Source of the DNA: Gordius albopunctatus
Lineage: Eukaryota
Length of the DNA: 64,000 nt
Direction: 5' to 3'
Assembly (NCBI GenBank): GCA_964276515.1
Contig: OZ193909.1
Coordinates: 12,028,001-12,092,000 of the forward strand
Both the position numbers and the translations under genes were made by a program. How positions within the stretch are numbered: the first letter of the stretch is position 1; each line of letters starts with the position of its first letter. Of this stretch, positions 24,020-37,000 are shown one piece after another. Under the pieces are notes generated by a model that had not been told where the DNA came from, ran no database searches, and saw nothing but the letters and a program-made list of their open reading frames with translations.

Positions 24020-25710
24020 GACATGCTTTATTAAATAAAAAGTATTAAATATTGAGTGGAATTAATAAAAAGATACAAGAACGAAAACATTTATATAAAA
24101 AAAATTATTAAAACTCAATATCCGTTTCTTCATCTTTGAGAATGGGCATTGAATCCATCAAAGAATAAAAATTAGATTTAGCGATCGCGATGGCAATTGA
24201 TTGTCGTAGTAAAAAACTATTCGATATTTTACAAGGGGGCGAGCGTTTATTGAGTTCTTTAAAAAAAATTAAAGCGCTCTTCCCAAATGTCCCTGAGCAC
24301 GATGAGACGATAGGAATAAAAATCGAGTTTTGGGATAAAGCTGAATATTTTAAGGATTTCCGATGCTCTGCCGATCCAAGGGGGTCGTGAGTATCGTTGG
24401 AGGGGGCAAAAAGGTCTATACAGGTGTAGTCCCATTTTAAGAAAAGGCCTTTGTCCCATGGGATAAGGGACGAACCGTCCGGGCGCATCCGCCCTTCGAG
24501 AGAGGGATCTGAAGGTTCAAGGATCGAAGGGACTTTTGCCCGTTTGAGGGCAGCTTGAAGTAGTGTATTTATTTTTTGGTGCCTACCATACCGGCTTTTG
24601 TTAAATTTACAATGCAGGGGGTGACGTGCTTCCTCATCTACAAGTGAATTACAAAGCCGGCAGGGGTATGAGGACGTGTATTTACAGCCCAAGCGGAGGG
24701 CTATATTGTAGGAGAGGGTAGGATTCTCCAAAAACATACCCGAAAACTTACTAGGGTAAGCTTCAAGCCATTCATGTCCGGATTGGTCGAAAGCCAGTGA
24801 CCTAAGGTTGCAATGCTGTTTGGCGTCGCATGTCGAGAGAAGGTAAGCAACGGACCGCGACACCAAGCTTGCATCCAAATCTTTTTGAGCGTATGATTGT
24901 GGTATATTAGCTCCTACATTGACGTTCTCATTCCATAAGGATAGGGCTTGATTTATGGAGGGATTAAGTGGGAATGGGACAAGGTCGTTGATATGATGTT
25001 TAAAAGATAGAGAGGGAGAAATAAAGGCGGCTAGGGAAATCGCAGATGGGGAGCGAATACCAAGGCCACCGGATTTTGTGGGAAGTGTGGCTTGAAGCCA
25101 AGTATTGGTGTTAAAGGAAATATTTAAAATTGATTCAAGAGTGGATTTAAAAAAGTTTTCAAAGTCGTGTAAAACTTCTTTAAATAAAAAAGCCTGCGTA
25201 GAGCGGAAGCAGAATAAAATTTTGCTAATGTTGTAATAATTTTTTATAATATAAAAAGAATGATGAGATGGCATAGATTTAAAAATGTCTAATTTGGTTT
25301 TTAAAGAAGAGAGATTTTTGTCTAAAAATTTTTTAAGGCACTGGGGTCCCCCGATAGGTGCGCCTAAAACATACAAATTGTCTTTTTTAATTTTGGCAAA
25401 GTCAAAAAACTTTGGGTGAATATTATCCAAGTCAGAATATATTTCACTTTTAGAGGCGTTTAAACATAAGTTTAGAGTGGGGAAAAAAGCATGTATTACA
25501 TCTAGTGCTTGGGCTAGGTTGTCAGGGGTCCCAACAAGAGTGGCGTCATCAAGATACCAGACATTAAGAGTAAGTTTACAGTGTTTGTTAATTTCGTTAA
25601 TTAGGTGATTTATGGCCAAGCAGAATAAAGGGGGGCCTAGAGGATCGCCTTGTTGGATCCCTTCTGCGGATTCGATGAAGAATTCTCCAAATTTCAAAAT
25701 CGAAGGGCAT
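23968..25710 (-). mobile_element. 5'-truncated CRE-clade (RLE-type) non-LTR retrotransposon with poly(A) tail
   Basis: 47-nt T run at 23968-24014 (poly A on the minus strand). AATAAA at 24032-24027. The ORF has QQGDPLGP, WYLDD, LP..SGGLG, a CxxC...H...C knuckle and the RPDG...WD...AE.RK..KY restriction-like endonuclease motifs. Confidence 0.9.
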
Positions 25711-25799
25711 TTGACATCTCTAAAGCGTATGTATAATTGGCTAATTCGATTAAGGATGGATCTTGATTTCTTTTTAAAATATTTATATGATATTAACAT
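24108..25799 (-). CDS. chimeric ORF: ~30 aa from flanking DNA fused to the C-terminal RT half, Zn knuckle and RLE endonuclease of the CRE element
   Basis: 563-aa stop-free ORF. Residues up to ...RFRDVK are encoded in the duplicated flank (25711-25799). The N-terminal RT motifs are missing, so it cannot be an autonomous RT. Confidence 0.6.
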   Translation of the reverse strand: MLISYKYFKKKSRSILNRISQLYIRFRDVKCPSILKFGEFFIESAEGIQQGDPLGPPLFCLAINHLINEINKHCKLTLNVWYLDDATLVGTPDNLAQALDVIHAFFPTLNLCLNASKSEIYSDLDNIHPKFFDFAKIKKDNLYVLGAPIGGPQCLKKFLDKNLSSLKTKLDIFKSMPSHHSFYIIKNYYNISKILFCFRSTQAFLFKEVLHDFENFFKSTLESILNISFNTNTWLQATLPTKSGGLGIRSPSAISLAAFISPSLSFKHHINDLVPFPLNPSINQALSLWNENVNVGANIPQSYAQKDLDASLVSRSVAYLLSTCDAKQHCNLRSLAFDQSGHEWLEAYPSKFSGMFLENPTLSYNIALRLGCKYTSSYPCRLCNSLVDEEARHPLHCKFNKSRYGRHQKINTLLQAALKRAKVPSILEPSDPSLEGRMRPDGSSLIPWDKGLFLKWDYTCIDLFAPSNDTHDPLGSAEHRKSLKYSALSQNSIFIPIVSSCSGTFGKSALIFFKELNKRSPPCKISNSFLLRQSIAIAIAKSNFYSLMDSMPILKDEETDIEF

Positions 25800-26686
25800 A
25801 TAAATAATTGATAAAAGTAAGGCATTTATTGGACGGTTGTTAACGCCATAATATCTTTAAAGTTTTTTTTCCAAATGCGACGATAAAAATGCTAAGATTT
25901 GATAGTGAATTTCTTTTAAAATTTTTTCTTTTAATTTCTAAACTCGCACTATACTTAGGCCTTTGGGATTGACAACAGTTTTATTTAAATAGTTTTCCAA
26001 AACAGTTTAACTTTAAAAGATTACAACTAAATATTATTCCCAATTTCCTATATTAATCCATATTAGCGCTCCTAGGGTTAGGGCATTTGATATAAATTTC
26101 AATAATATCAATTAACTTTTATCATTGTTATTTCAAAATAAATCGTTATGTCCTATAAGTATCCTAGTATGAAAATTAAATTTATATTTCAATATATTAA
26201 TTCTACTAATATCAATTTATTAAAAAAATATTTTAAAATGCAAATACTTAAATATAAAAACGTAATAACTGAATTTAAATTGAGAATTATACATTTGATT
26301 CTAGAGCAAGACGCGGTTTAACTTTGATAAATTATACCTTAGCAATTGCAATCTATTATTCAGGGAATTTAATAAGTTTTTTTAAATAATAGATAAAATC
26401 GTAAAAAATTCTATCAAGATTAATTACAGATATTTAATTTTCCAGGTAATTATTGCAATATGTATCATCATACCCGTAGATATTGTTTGGGATCTATTTG
26501 ATAAAAGTAACCTGTTATAGGTTAAATCGCCTATTAATTTAGACAAAAATAATGACTCATCCATTATGTGTTCACTTTGTATATATTAGCTATCATCTTT
26601 GATCTTTTAGAATTAGTTTGAATAAGACTAACTTGCCATTGAAATTATCGGCCGAAATTTTCCTTTTCTAATTCATCTGTTATTTT
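25711..26686 (+). repeat. 976-bp direct repeat, right copy
   Basis: Copy of 22996-23971, continuing into unique sequence at TTTT|ATATGGGG. Confidence 0.95.
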
Positions 26687-28133
26687 ATATGGGGTTGAAG
26701 TTGCCAATTATTGAAACTTGATTCAAATACGAGGTAGGTGCATTCGAAAACTTTTAACCTTAACTTAACTTAGCCCGCTCTATAAATTAATAACTGCGGT
26801 TAATATTAAATATCATGATGAGAACAATCAAACAACTTATAAATGTTTTTAAAAAATAATTACCGTTGTCCCTATAATAGTGTTTAATAAGGATGCTATA
26901 AAAATGCAGATTCACACTCTTGGTTAAATCTTTTACGAGTATAGTTACAATATTAGCAATGACTTTATATCAAATAGGTAGGGGTTAAAAGGTGAATTAT
27001 AGCCTATTAGCGAAAATCTTTGACCCTTTTAAAAGCATACTTAATAAGTTTAATTTAATACCGTTTTATCAAGTCGACAACGCTAAGGTCACAGTGTACA
27101 ATTAAAATGTTAGATTTACCGATTAATATATGGAAGAGAAGTTAACATTTTAACAGATGGACCCTTTAATTTAGGTATTGGTCAAACATCTTATTTATAG
27201 TGAAGTGAAAAGCAAATTGTTTATTTATTTATTTATTTATTTATTTATAACTTTTACAACATTTTAAAAATTATAATCTTAAATTAATAATTTGTGTTTT
27301 ATACCACAACTTACAATTCTGAATTTATTTGGATAAGCATAACTTCTTAAACTATAAAAAGAGCTTAAAATTTTTTGTAGCGTCATAAAACTCTCCTATC
27401 TCCTTGCATCTTTGGGAGAGGCCGAGGTGCCTTTTTAAGCCCATACATACAATTATATATTCCCAAATTTTAAATCTTCCCTTTCTCGTTTACCTCCGAT
27501 TTGAACATAAGTATGCGAAATAAGAGAAGTACAACGGGCCTCTTTAGGCCAATCAGCAGGCCCGTTACATATATATAAACCCTGGACCGGATGCCCACAA
27601 AAATATTAAATGATAGACCCGGTCCGCTAATTAATTAACAAAGCCGCGCACGGAACCGTAACAATATATATATATGTTAGTGTTACAGATATTAATAATA
27701 AAAAAGTAAATAATTCTACTTGTCTAAATATTGAATTAGCTTACACTAAAATTTATAAATTTTTAAAGGGTATGATTGGAGCGGACCACATCTATATAGA
27801 GTCTCTAATTAACACTTATTAATTTGAAATGCGCGTTGAGATATTGAAGAATGAATGAAGAAAAATAGAATTTTGTTAAACAATAAATAAATATAATTTA
27901 TCATAAAATTATACTTAATGAAAACAAATCTATATGATTTGTAACGGCCTCAGCGGGCCTTACTTATATGTATGCACAATCCTAGCCCCCAAAAGTTTGC
28001 GGGTAATTTTTTCTAGCTTGGGGACCGGCCGTGCAGGTCTCTAATGAAAAATGGGTATCGTTAAATAACAACGTAACTATGTAATTTAAAAGATTATAAT
28101 AAGACTAGGTTACATAAAATTATATGGCCTATA

Positions 28134-28443
28134 CAGTCAAAACCATTTAATTGCAAAGCCTCGGGCCTGAAAAATCGCAATTAACCCATATTTCGCGATT
28201 AAACGATGGAAATTATATCAAATGTTCATTTCTTACGCTTCGCAATAAAACGAGATTTTATATAATTATCTGGTTGATTTCAGGACGCGAAAATTTTTGT
28301 GAATATCCGATATTGTACTATTAAGCGATTTGTCAATAAACGATGTTTTTGTTAATATTATCGTTTAAAAAAAACAAAATGGCGGTTAACTTCGCAATTA
28401 AAAGATTTTTGCGATAATCCGATTTGCGATTAGAAGTTTCTTG
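28134..28443. mobile_element. possible decayed Tc1/pogo-type MITE
   Basis: TA|CAGTCAAAACC start, ...TTG|TA end, and repeated internal TTCGC(G/A)ATTA motifs. TIRs are degenerate. Confidence 0.4.
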
Positions 28444-29625
28444 TACAAATCATTTAAAGCTCAAAATGGAACGGGTATATTGACAAGAAAAATACTTATA
28501 TTTGTAAATGATATACCATTGGTCAAGGGTCAAACTATATAGCGACTGTCTTTATGACAATTTGGTATTGCCTGCCCCCTCGAAATCCAAAAATTTGTTG
28601 AAATTTATTAAAATTGTGGCCAAAATTGAAAAGAATGATCATTTTGCTCCTCCCTAAATCATTATTGCCCTCCTCTAATCCCAATTCTGGCTACGCCTAT
28701 GAATATACCATATATATTTAATTTAAGCTTTTATTTGGAGCTATAAGTTATTAAATTGCCGGCCTATTCATTGCCTGTTACTAAATAAGAATGCCGAAAT
28801 TTGATATAAATAAGTCGCTGAACTCAATTAAAAGATTTAATTATTAAAAACGAGTGAAAAGTTTTTTGTTTATTCATTAAATTACCATATACTGATTAAT
28901 TGCTTGGGGTCCAAAGGGACCTCGATGTTTCCCTGGGGGGGGGGGAGGGGGGTGGACGTCGAAGGGGTCAAGACTTTACTCATGGGGAGGGCCAACCCCC
29001 AGCTACGCCACTGTCTCCTTCCTGATGTAATATAAATACGTATTTGTAAAAATAAGAATTACATGTTAAAACATATTTTTTGTATGTGTTAAACGTATTT
29101 TTTTGTGGGGTACTAAAATATCGTCTTAATATCCGTTAACCCCGCGATCATAGTTTTTTGACCCTTTTCCTATTAAATATATATGTGCACCTTTATAGAC
29201 AATGTTCGTTTAATATAATTATGGCACAGTTTTATTTGTATAAAATATAACTATTTTCACGCATAAAAATTTAGGGAAAAAGTTTTTATGAACTTTTTAT
29301 CTATGTCATAGCAACAAAGAAAGGTAAAGTTAAGAAATGGTGACATAATATGCGACAAGAAAGTGCTAGATAGGAAATTAGTTTAATAAAGATCACCTTC
29401 TTAGATAAACAATTGTCCCATTTCTCAAATCTATTGCTCAAAGTGATAAGACTCATAATAATTTATCTTTATATTTCTTGTTTTAGGATTCCTCTTTGGT
29501 GACAGTTTGCTTAAAATAAAGCCTGTAACTAAATGTGGCCTGCCCTTAGATCATTCATTATCAATGATAATAAAAAATATGTATAATTAGAAAGTTGAAA
29601 TTCCTTAAAATTATACAAAACAAAA

Positions 29626-29788
29626 GAGGCATTGGGACGTGATATAGGCTCTCTCCCCGAGAAAAGTGTTCGTGGTTAAAATCCCTCTCATGGCACTTCA
29701 AAAAATTTAAAACATATCACATCGTCAACACCGCTGCTAGCCCTGGAAGCCGAGCGTCACCCTTCATCCAGTCTTTAAAATAAAAAAA
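29626..29788 (+). mobile_element. degenerate tRNA-headed SINE-like copy
   Basis: Homologous to the reverse complement of 60585-60700 (TGGCACTT...TCACATCGTCAACAC.GCTGC.AG.CCTGGA.AGCCGAGCGT.ACCC.T.ATCCA). Decayed B box GGTTAAAATCCC and an A-rich tail. Confidence 0.65.
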
Positions 29789-30959
29789 GGTCAAAAAATG
29801 TGAAAAGGTATCACAAATTTTAGACAAGTCTGCTCATCTTTTGCTTTGATTTATCTGAACATTAAAGAATATCTTGTAGCAATGCTTTTAGACGCAATCA
29901 TTAATTATTTAAATACTGAATTAATTAGCCATTAACCTGAAAAGTTAAGCATTTTGTCTTTGGAACCTCAATTTATGAATAAAGATTTTAAAATACTCTA
30001 TCCAAATGAAGGGGGTATTTAACTGTTAAAAGCAAAGCGCATTAGTTGTCCATAAATTATTTACAGGCATCAGTGCCACAATTATTTGCCGACGTCTCAA
30101 ATTATACCATTTGTAGTTTCTAAATAAATTGCCATTCTGAGAGCAATCTTTGATATCGTTGATGAAAATCATCAAGGCATAATTTATATGTCTTTTTAAT
30201 TACCGATCTTGTCATTAAAGACTTCACTGGGGAAAAATTAATTAAATATATCTTTTTAATATATATCTATTGTATATACATCGAAATGTGTAGAAAATTG
30301 ACAAATTTTCAATCTATAATAAATATAACCTTGAGGGATGTTGCGTCGTTTATTGATAAGTGTTATGCCTATACAGCTCGATACGAGCTCCACTTTGGAT
30401 GTATAAATTAATTACAATTTGAGGTAGTATTTGTTACTCTTTTGGAAAAGGGGATCAAACTTAATCGCAAAATTCCCCGCGTTCTAGTGTTTTATAAATA
30501 TGAAATACAAAAGTTATTCTGAGAAAATTTTTTTGGCAATTTTGCTTGCCAAGGTTTGACACAAAACTTTTGAAAACAATTAAGTTTTACGGAATGATTA
30601 ATTGTCATTAAAACTTGTGTCATTCATTTCCATTTAAATTACCATTGTTATTTCATATTAGTTCTTCGAAAACTTTAAACTTTATTTATCGTGTGATATT
30701 ACTAGGCATTTTATTAAGTAAAAAATAAGGAATGTCAACTTTATACAATTCGTTTAAACTATTTATAAGTTTCATACGTCCAAAATAGGTTTTGTTAATC
30801 GGATATCATATTATAAGCTAGGCGAAACTTACAACAATTTGTCAAATAAACATAAATCTTATATTGCGATTATAAATAAGAATTAAATTTTTTATGGTTT
30901 TATTATTATTTTTTATTATTTCGGAAAACATATGAAATTTTATAGAATATACGACTGCA

Positions 30960-31191
30960 CAGGGGCGTAGCCAGGAATTTCTCTCGGGGGGGGGGGGGGG
31001 AGGAATTTCCAAAAAAAAATTTTTACATTTTTATTTCAACATCAAAATTATAAAATCTTGTATAAAACATAAAGAAAGTCATTATAAATAAATTACTTGG
31101 TGAGTTACGTTGCACAGCTATAAAATATAAACTTTAGATCTAAAATAATTTTTTTCCCATAAAATCCACCCCCCCCCTATTTACGCCACTG
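30960..31191. mobile_element. short GC-ended hAT-like MITE (CA(G/T)GGGCGTAGCCAG family)
   Basis: CAGGGGCGTAG ... TTACGCCACTG termini, with 8-bp flanks CGACTGCA / CCACTACA (6/8 match). Related copies or fragments are near 7855, 28570-28700, 28930-29013, 34570, 38150, 38685, 58210 and 61300. Confidence 0.65.
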
Positions 31192-34090
31192 CCACTACAT
31201 ATAAACATTTGAATAATTTAATTAAGTTAAGTCCTGATTTGTAGTTTAAAAATCATTAAAAGCTAGATGAAATAAAATTTTAAATTAGTTTTAACACAAA
31301 CTTGGCATTCTGGTATTACATTCAGATACATTTTAAAGGCGAGTTAATTTGTTAATATAAATTTACACTTTATCTAAGATTATTATACCACTATATTGAT
31401 AGTCTAAAATTAGCATAAGGGAAATTATTATGATCTCTAGATTATAGTTTATGTGCAAAACGAGGGTTTCAAAGTTGTAACAAAAGCTACGAATGGAATT
31501 ATAAATGACATGCTCAGCAGGGTTAAGGCCTTCTATCGTCAATTTTAAGAAAATATAAAATGCTATAAAAAATCTTAATCCCTATAAATTTTAAGAAAGG
31601 CCTGACATTTTTTGTTTGCAATCATTACGTTTAAGGAATCTAGAATACAATTCGAATAAAAACAAAGATGATTCAAATTTTCTTATTTAATTTTAATAAA
31701 AAATATATTACAAAACAATGCTGCTGCTGGCTATCTTAAACAAAGATTGTTTAAAAAAATGTTTAGACTATAAACTTGATTTCTATCTTTTTTAAAAGCT
31801 TCGTTATATGCAGAAGTTCTCAAATTAGGAATCAGCTTTCAACTTATTAAAGGTATTTATTATTTCTAAGAAATAACTTTATATATTTCTAACATATAGT
31901 ATTACATTTGTGTTAAGTCTTTATGCATGGTAAATTAAAAATTAGGGTATATCATATCTTGTCTTGTACATTATTTAACTCAATGAAACTTTATCATAAA
32001 AATACATATAATTAGAAAAAAGTTCTCACTTAGTTAATCATAGCTACGTAAGAAATTAAACTATATAACAATCTTCATCAGATGTATAAAATACAGGGTT
32101 CTTAAGTATGTGTATAGCTTAGACCTATCTAAATTTTATCTTAGGCGGGTAATAACTGAACCTAATTGTATTTAAAGTAACTTTTCCGGATTGAGTAAAT
32201 TAGTATAGGAGATAGTGGGTAGATAAAAAAGAAAGTAACGACTTATTGTAAGTTTTAATACTATAAAATAATTGTGTTTGGGAAAAGTTTCAATTTGTTC
32301 TCGTTATTAGAACTAGATTGTGAAATTAAATACTTAAAAATGGATTCGATAAATTATAGTGAATTTAATATAACCCTTTAAATTCTTTATAAATACATAG
32401 CTAAAAAAATAACAATACTACCCAAATTAGTTTAAAAATAGGGCAAATCATTATACTAGGAAATTCATGCAATTACTATAAGTTTTTGCAATTAGTAGAA
32501 AAATTTATATTATGCTTTAGTTATCCTTATTGATTTAACATTGTTTATCAGTATTATCATTAATTTATGTATTTTATTTTTTATTGCAAGCGAATTTAAA
32601 GGATTTTAGTTAAATCATGTATTGATAAATAATTAATAGAATGGAGTTAATATTTTTGTAATGTTAATTATTTTTATAATAAAGTTTATCACCATTTATT
32701 TTCTAAATTAATTTAACCAAAACAACGAATGAAATTTAAAATTAATTTTATATTCAGATTCCATTTCATATACATGTGTAATGCTGGGAAACAATTGGTC
32801 CAAAAACTCAATCACTATGCCTTGTCTATTAAAATATAAATGAGGTTACAACAATCGTTTTAGATTTAATAAGATATAAGATCTAATTGGAGAAGAGGCT
32901 ATAAAGATAAAGGTAAATTACGTACATAAGCAACATTTAGATTAATGTCTACTCAAGGCCAATTATAAATCTTTTAATTTTAGTTTGGACTAATCTATTA
33001 ATTAGCGTCAATTACACAATGGTAAAATATGTGGAAATATATGCGTGGTTGCATTCATTCAATAAAAAAGACAATATTTCTGGACTGGTTGATTAATCTT
33101 TTTTTCCTTGAAACTATAAAACATAGATAGAAATATGCGAAGGCACCCACTTTGATTTGTAAGGCAAAGGGGTGAGAGAGCAAAAAATATTTCAAATTAG
33201 GTCTTAATAGCGCTAAGGAACGTGCCCGGCTATATGGCAAATGCTGATAACGCCATATGAATAAACAAATAATTTATGAGGTATATTATAAATGCCTGTA
33301 TGATGTAGGTATATTGTGGTTGTGAATCAATTTTTGCGATAGCTCCTACGCCTACGGTATCTTAGCACCCTCCTGTCACTAAAACAAGAAATTCAATTAT
33401 CCCTCTGAAGCCGATAATGTCAAACTTGAGAGGGAACCTTCTGAGGTTTTATCATAGTTCCGCCACCGAATTCATTGATATTCTCCACATTTGGAAGGAT
33501 AACCTAAATGTATATTAATTAATGACGATGCCCCCATCTATGATTTATTGGCTCTTATATGTATTTTCTTAGCTATTCTCGACTTTATTGCTATCACCAT
33601 ATTATATCATAAAATATTAAACTCTAAAGCGGTTTGATATGATTGATTTTAATATTTGTTACCTGAAGAGCCTTCGTAAGATATGTACCTGCTCAAATTA
33701 AACTTACTCCTCCCCTCCATTTGGATTTATATTATTTTTATTGATTTCTGTGGGACACGACCACACTACACTAATCTTCTCACCAACGGACGGCACAAAT
33801 CTATAAGTTTCATGAATATTCCACAGGCTCATATTGTACTCCACACCTCCTTTCATGACTCAATGTCAAAATATTTGTGTCGCTCGTTTCCTCCCATATT
33901 TTTGACAAATAAAAGAAATTGATCTTATCATACCCCAAACTTTACCTATAAACAACAAAGCACACACTTGTTGGGACAAAAAATAACAATTCCAAGTCCG
34001 TCCTTAACCTGATCCTAAATAAGGATCACATTTAATCTCAAGTTGTTATCGCGACGTTAGTTATAGACTTGTGAATTCATAACATTTGCA

Positions 34091-37000
34091 ATGTCGGATT
34101 TTGATGAAACTTTCAAATATTATGCCTACATGATTTCTATGCCTATAATTATAATACTCGGCCTTTTCGGCAACGTTTGCATCATAGTAGTATGCCATCT
34201 GCAGAAAACTGTTTCAACTGGGTATAGGTAAGTACCTATGATTTTGAATATTGATAAAAAAAATGTGCTGGATAGTGTTTAAATTTAACAAGATAAAACT
34301 CTAAAAAATAAAGTATTAAGAATGGTAATTATACGAATTAAATTTGTTATTATTGATTCTTGACTGAATTTTATATTAAATCTATACACTGGTCAATTTA
34401 CCCGCCATTTGCATATGAGTATTATATTTAGCTTAATTTTATTTATAACTCCTGAGAAAGTTTTGTTTTGTATTCCTATTATAAATATCCAATAACCAAA
34501 TTATTATTGCTTATAACAGTCACAAAGATATTTAATGTTTGCAATACATAAAATTACATTATTTCAGGGCATAGGCGTGGCCAGCATTGGGATCAGAGGA
34601 GGGGGGGGGGCAATATTCATTTAGACAGGGGCAAAATGATCATTTTTTAAAATTTTAACCATAATTTATAAATTTTAACAAATTTTTGGATTTAGAGCGG
34701 GCAGCCGCTCCTCCCTGACCCCCCCCCCTCCCTTAGCTACGCCCATGTTAGAGGGCCTTGTCGAACAAATGAGGATTTTTCGATCTACCTAGTAAACTAT
34801 TTTTCCAATACTCAATCATATAATTTGACCAATTTTTTATCATTTATGAATAACTTGATTTTGAAGCAAACAAGCTATCACAATCAACTTAGCCATTAGG
34901 GGGAAATTTTCAACAAAAAGGCGATAGTTTTCTTATATTATTAAAATTTTCCAATAATTTAATCGATAGAGGACTCAAATTAAACCTTCAGTATATAATA
35001 TTTTCATTTACCCATAATTACTTATCATTCGTCTTCAATTAACTTTCATTAATTAAAATTTTGGGCGGTTAGCCTTAAGTAAAAAACCAATAATGAGCCA
35101 TAAGTTAGTTAATTGGGGCTCGGTGAGAGGGTAGAAATAGGTTTTTCCGTTATTTGATCATTAGGTGGTATTGATAACTACAAGCATATTTGAATCATAA
35201 TTTTATGGGTTTCCTTTATTCAAACCCGTTTATAGTTATAATTTCGGCACTATGAATTTAATGACCATTTAAATTTTTTGATTTCATTTTTATTAACATT
35301 TTGGGGTTAAAATTTCCCCGGTATCTATCTTATAACATAAAATTTAAAAACTTTAGTAAAACAAAATAATGCTTTTTTGCACGGAAAACATTCAGTTAAC
35401 AGAACACTATTTAATTTAAGTTTTTGAATGGGAAAATTACACTAAGTAAATCATCTTTGACATCGGGAGAGGCTTCAATTAATTATATAAAAATATGAAA
35501 TGCGTGTGGCTCATATAAATTAAAAGTCTAATACAATTAGCGAAATTGCAATATAGTTCAATTGAATAAAATAAAACTAACAATGCTCATTGTTGCAATC
35601 AATATTTTGATATTAATTTAAAAATGTCAACATAATAGGATCATCATTCAGAGTTGTTAAACGAATTGGCACAAATATTGGAAGAATTTTTATATCGAAA
35701 TAGACATCGAATAAAAACAAAATTTCGAAAAATAATTCAAATTAGCGGTCTATGATTTTATTGTAGATTAATCCAACATACGTATTACAAACTAAAATTT
35801 GTTAAAATTAAATTGAATGATTACTTTATAAAAAACAATTTGCATAAAAATAAATCAAAATGACGACCTATGCGTTTATAAAAACATCTTACCTCAAAAG
35901 TTTTTTGCCTTTTCGTTGTTTATTTTTTTCTCTTTCATAGATCTAAATAATGGAAATTAAAACTGAATAGCTATACTTTCCGCTACGATTGGCTCCATAC
36001 TCTTTTTTAAATTAAAATTCAACCATATAGGAATGCAAAAATAAAATTAATCAATTGAAGTTAATTATATACGTCTGTATTAAATGCAGTTTAAAATATA
36101 TGTGTTAATTTTTTGCAAGTCTAATTGTCCCATAAAATATCTTTATATTCTTAAACATCATTTTTAAACCTTATAATATGATATTTTAAAGTATTTGAAA
36201 TAATTATGATGATACAAGCAACCACAGTTACTATAATAACAAGCGGTCTCCCGAATGATATTTTTTCAATTTTTGTGTTTTTTTTGCTTAGACTTATCAC
36301 TTGCTCAAATGCATATTGCACTTGTTGGTTATGGCTAAAGATTTCACTGCTTGCACCTTATTGACACCTATACAGCAGAAAAATTAAAAAAATATTTGAT
36401 TTTTATAAAAGTTAAGGGGCATTTAAAAACTTTTACCGTTTTTACCTACAATCTAAAACGGCAAATACAGACTAGCTAACCAATTAAAAGCATACGGTGC
36501 GTATTTAGTCCTTGGCTAAGTAATTGCTTTTAGATTGAAAATTTCAAAGTTTAAACTCAAACAAATAAGCTAAATTAATCACATCAAATTAATTAAACTT
36601 TAATTAAAATAAAAATTAAGAGGTTTTCAAGCACGCGCACTTGTCATCGCGTAAACTTAAGGGGCCAATTTGTCGTTTGGCGACACCATGGGAAAAAATG
36701 AGGGTGTAACGAACTGTCACACAAAACATTATAAATCTTGAAATCATTAATTTCCCGTTTTCCACAGGCTTCTTGTCTCAAATCGCAAAAATGTAATAAG
36801 TTACACTGTAATCTCCTCACCCTTTCATCGCGCTTGTATTGATGCAGTGCTCTTAAATCATCGCGTAGCGGAATGATTAAATTTTTGAGACCATAACGCT
36901 CCTGGTCATAATTTAAGAGTGGACAGACCATTAGGAAAGATCTAAGAAGGGCATTTTCCCCTACCTCTCAGAGGAATGCAGTAATTTATGTCCCTTGAAA

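Noticed and set aside
22996..26686. LTR retrotransposon (long direct repeats around an RT ORF)
   Set aside because: The repeats lack TG...CA ends, PBS/PPT and an outer short TSD. The interior is a poly(A)-tailed non-LTR RLE element truncated mid-RT.
36644..36931. 95-aa antisense ORF in the GPCR intron
   Set aside because: No domain similarity or splice support, and the length is compatible with chance in a locally GC-richer patch.
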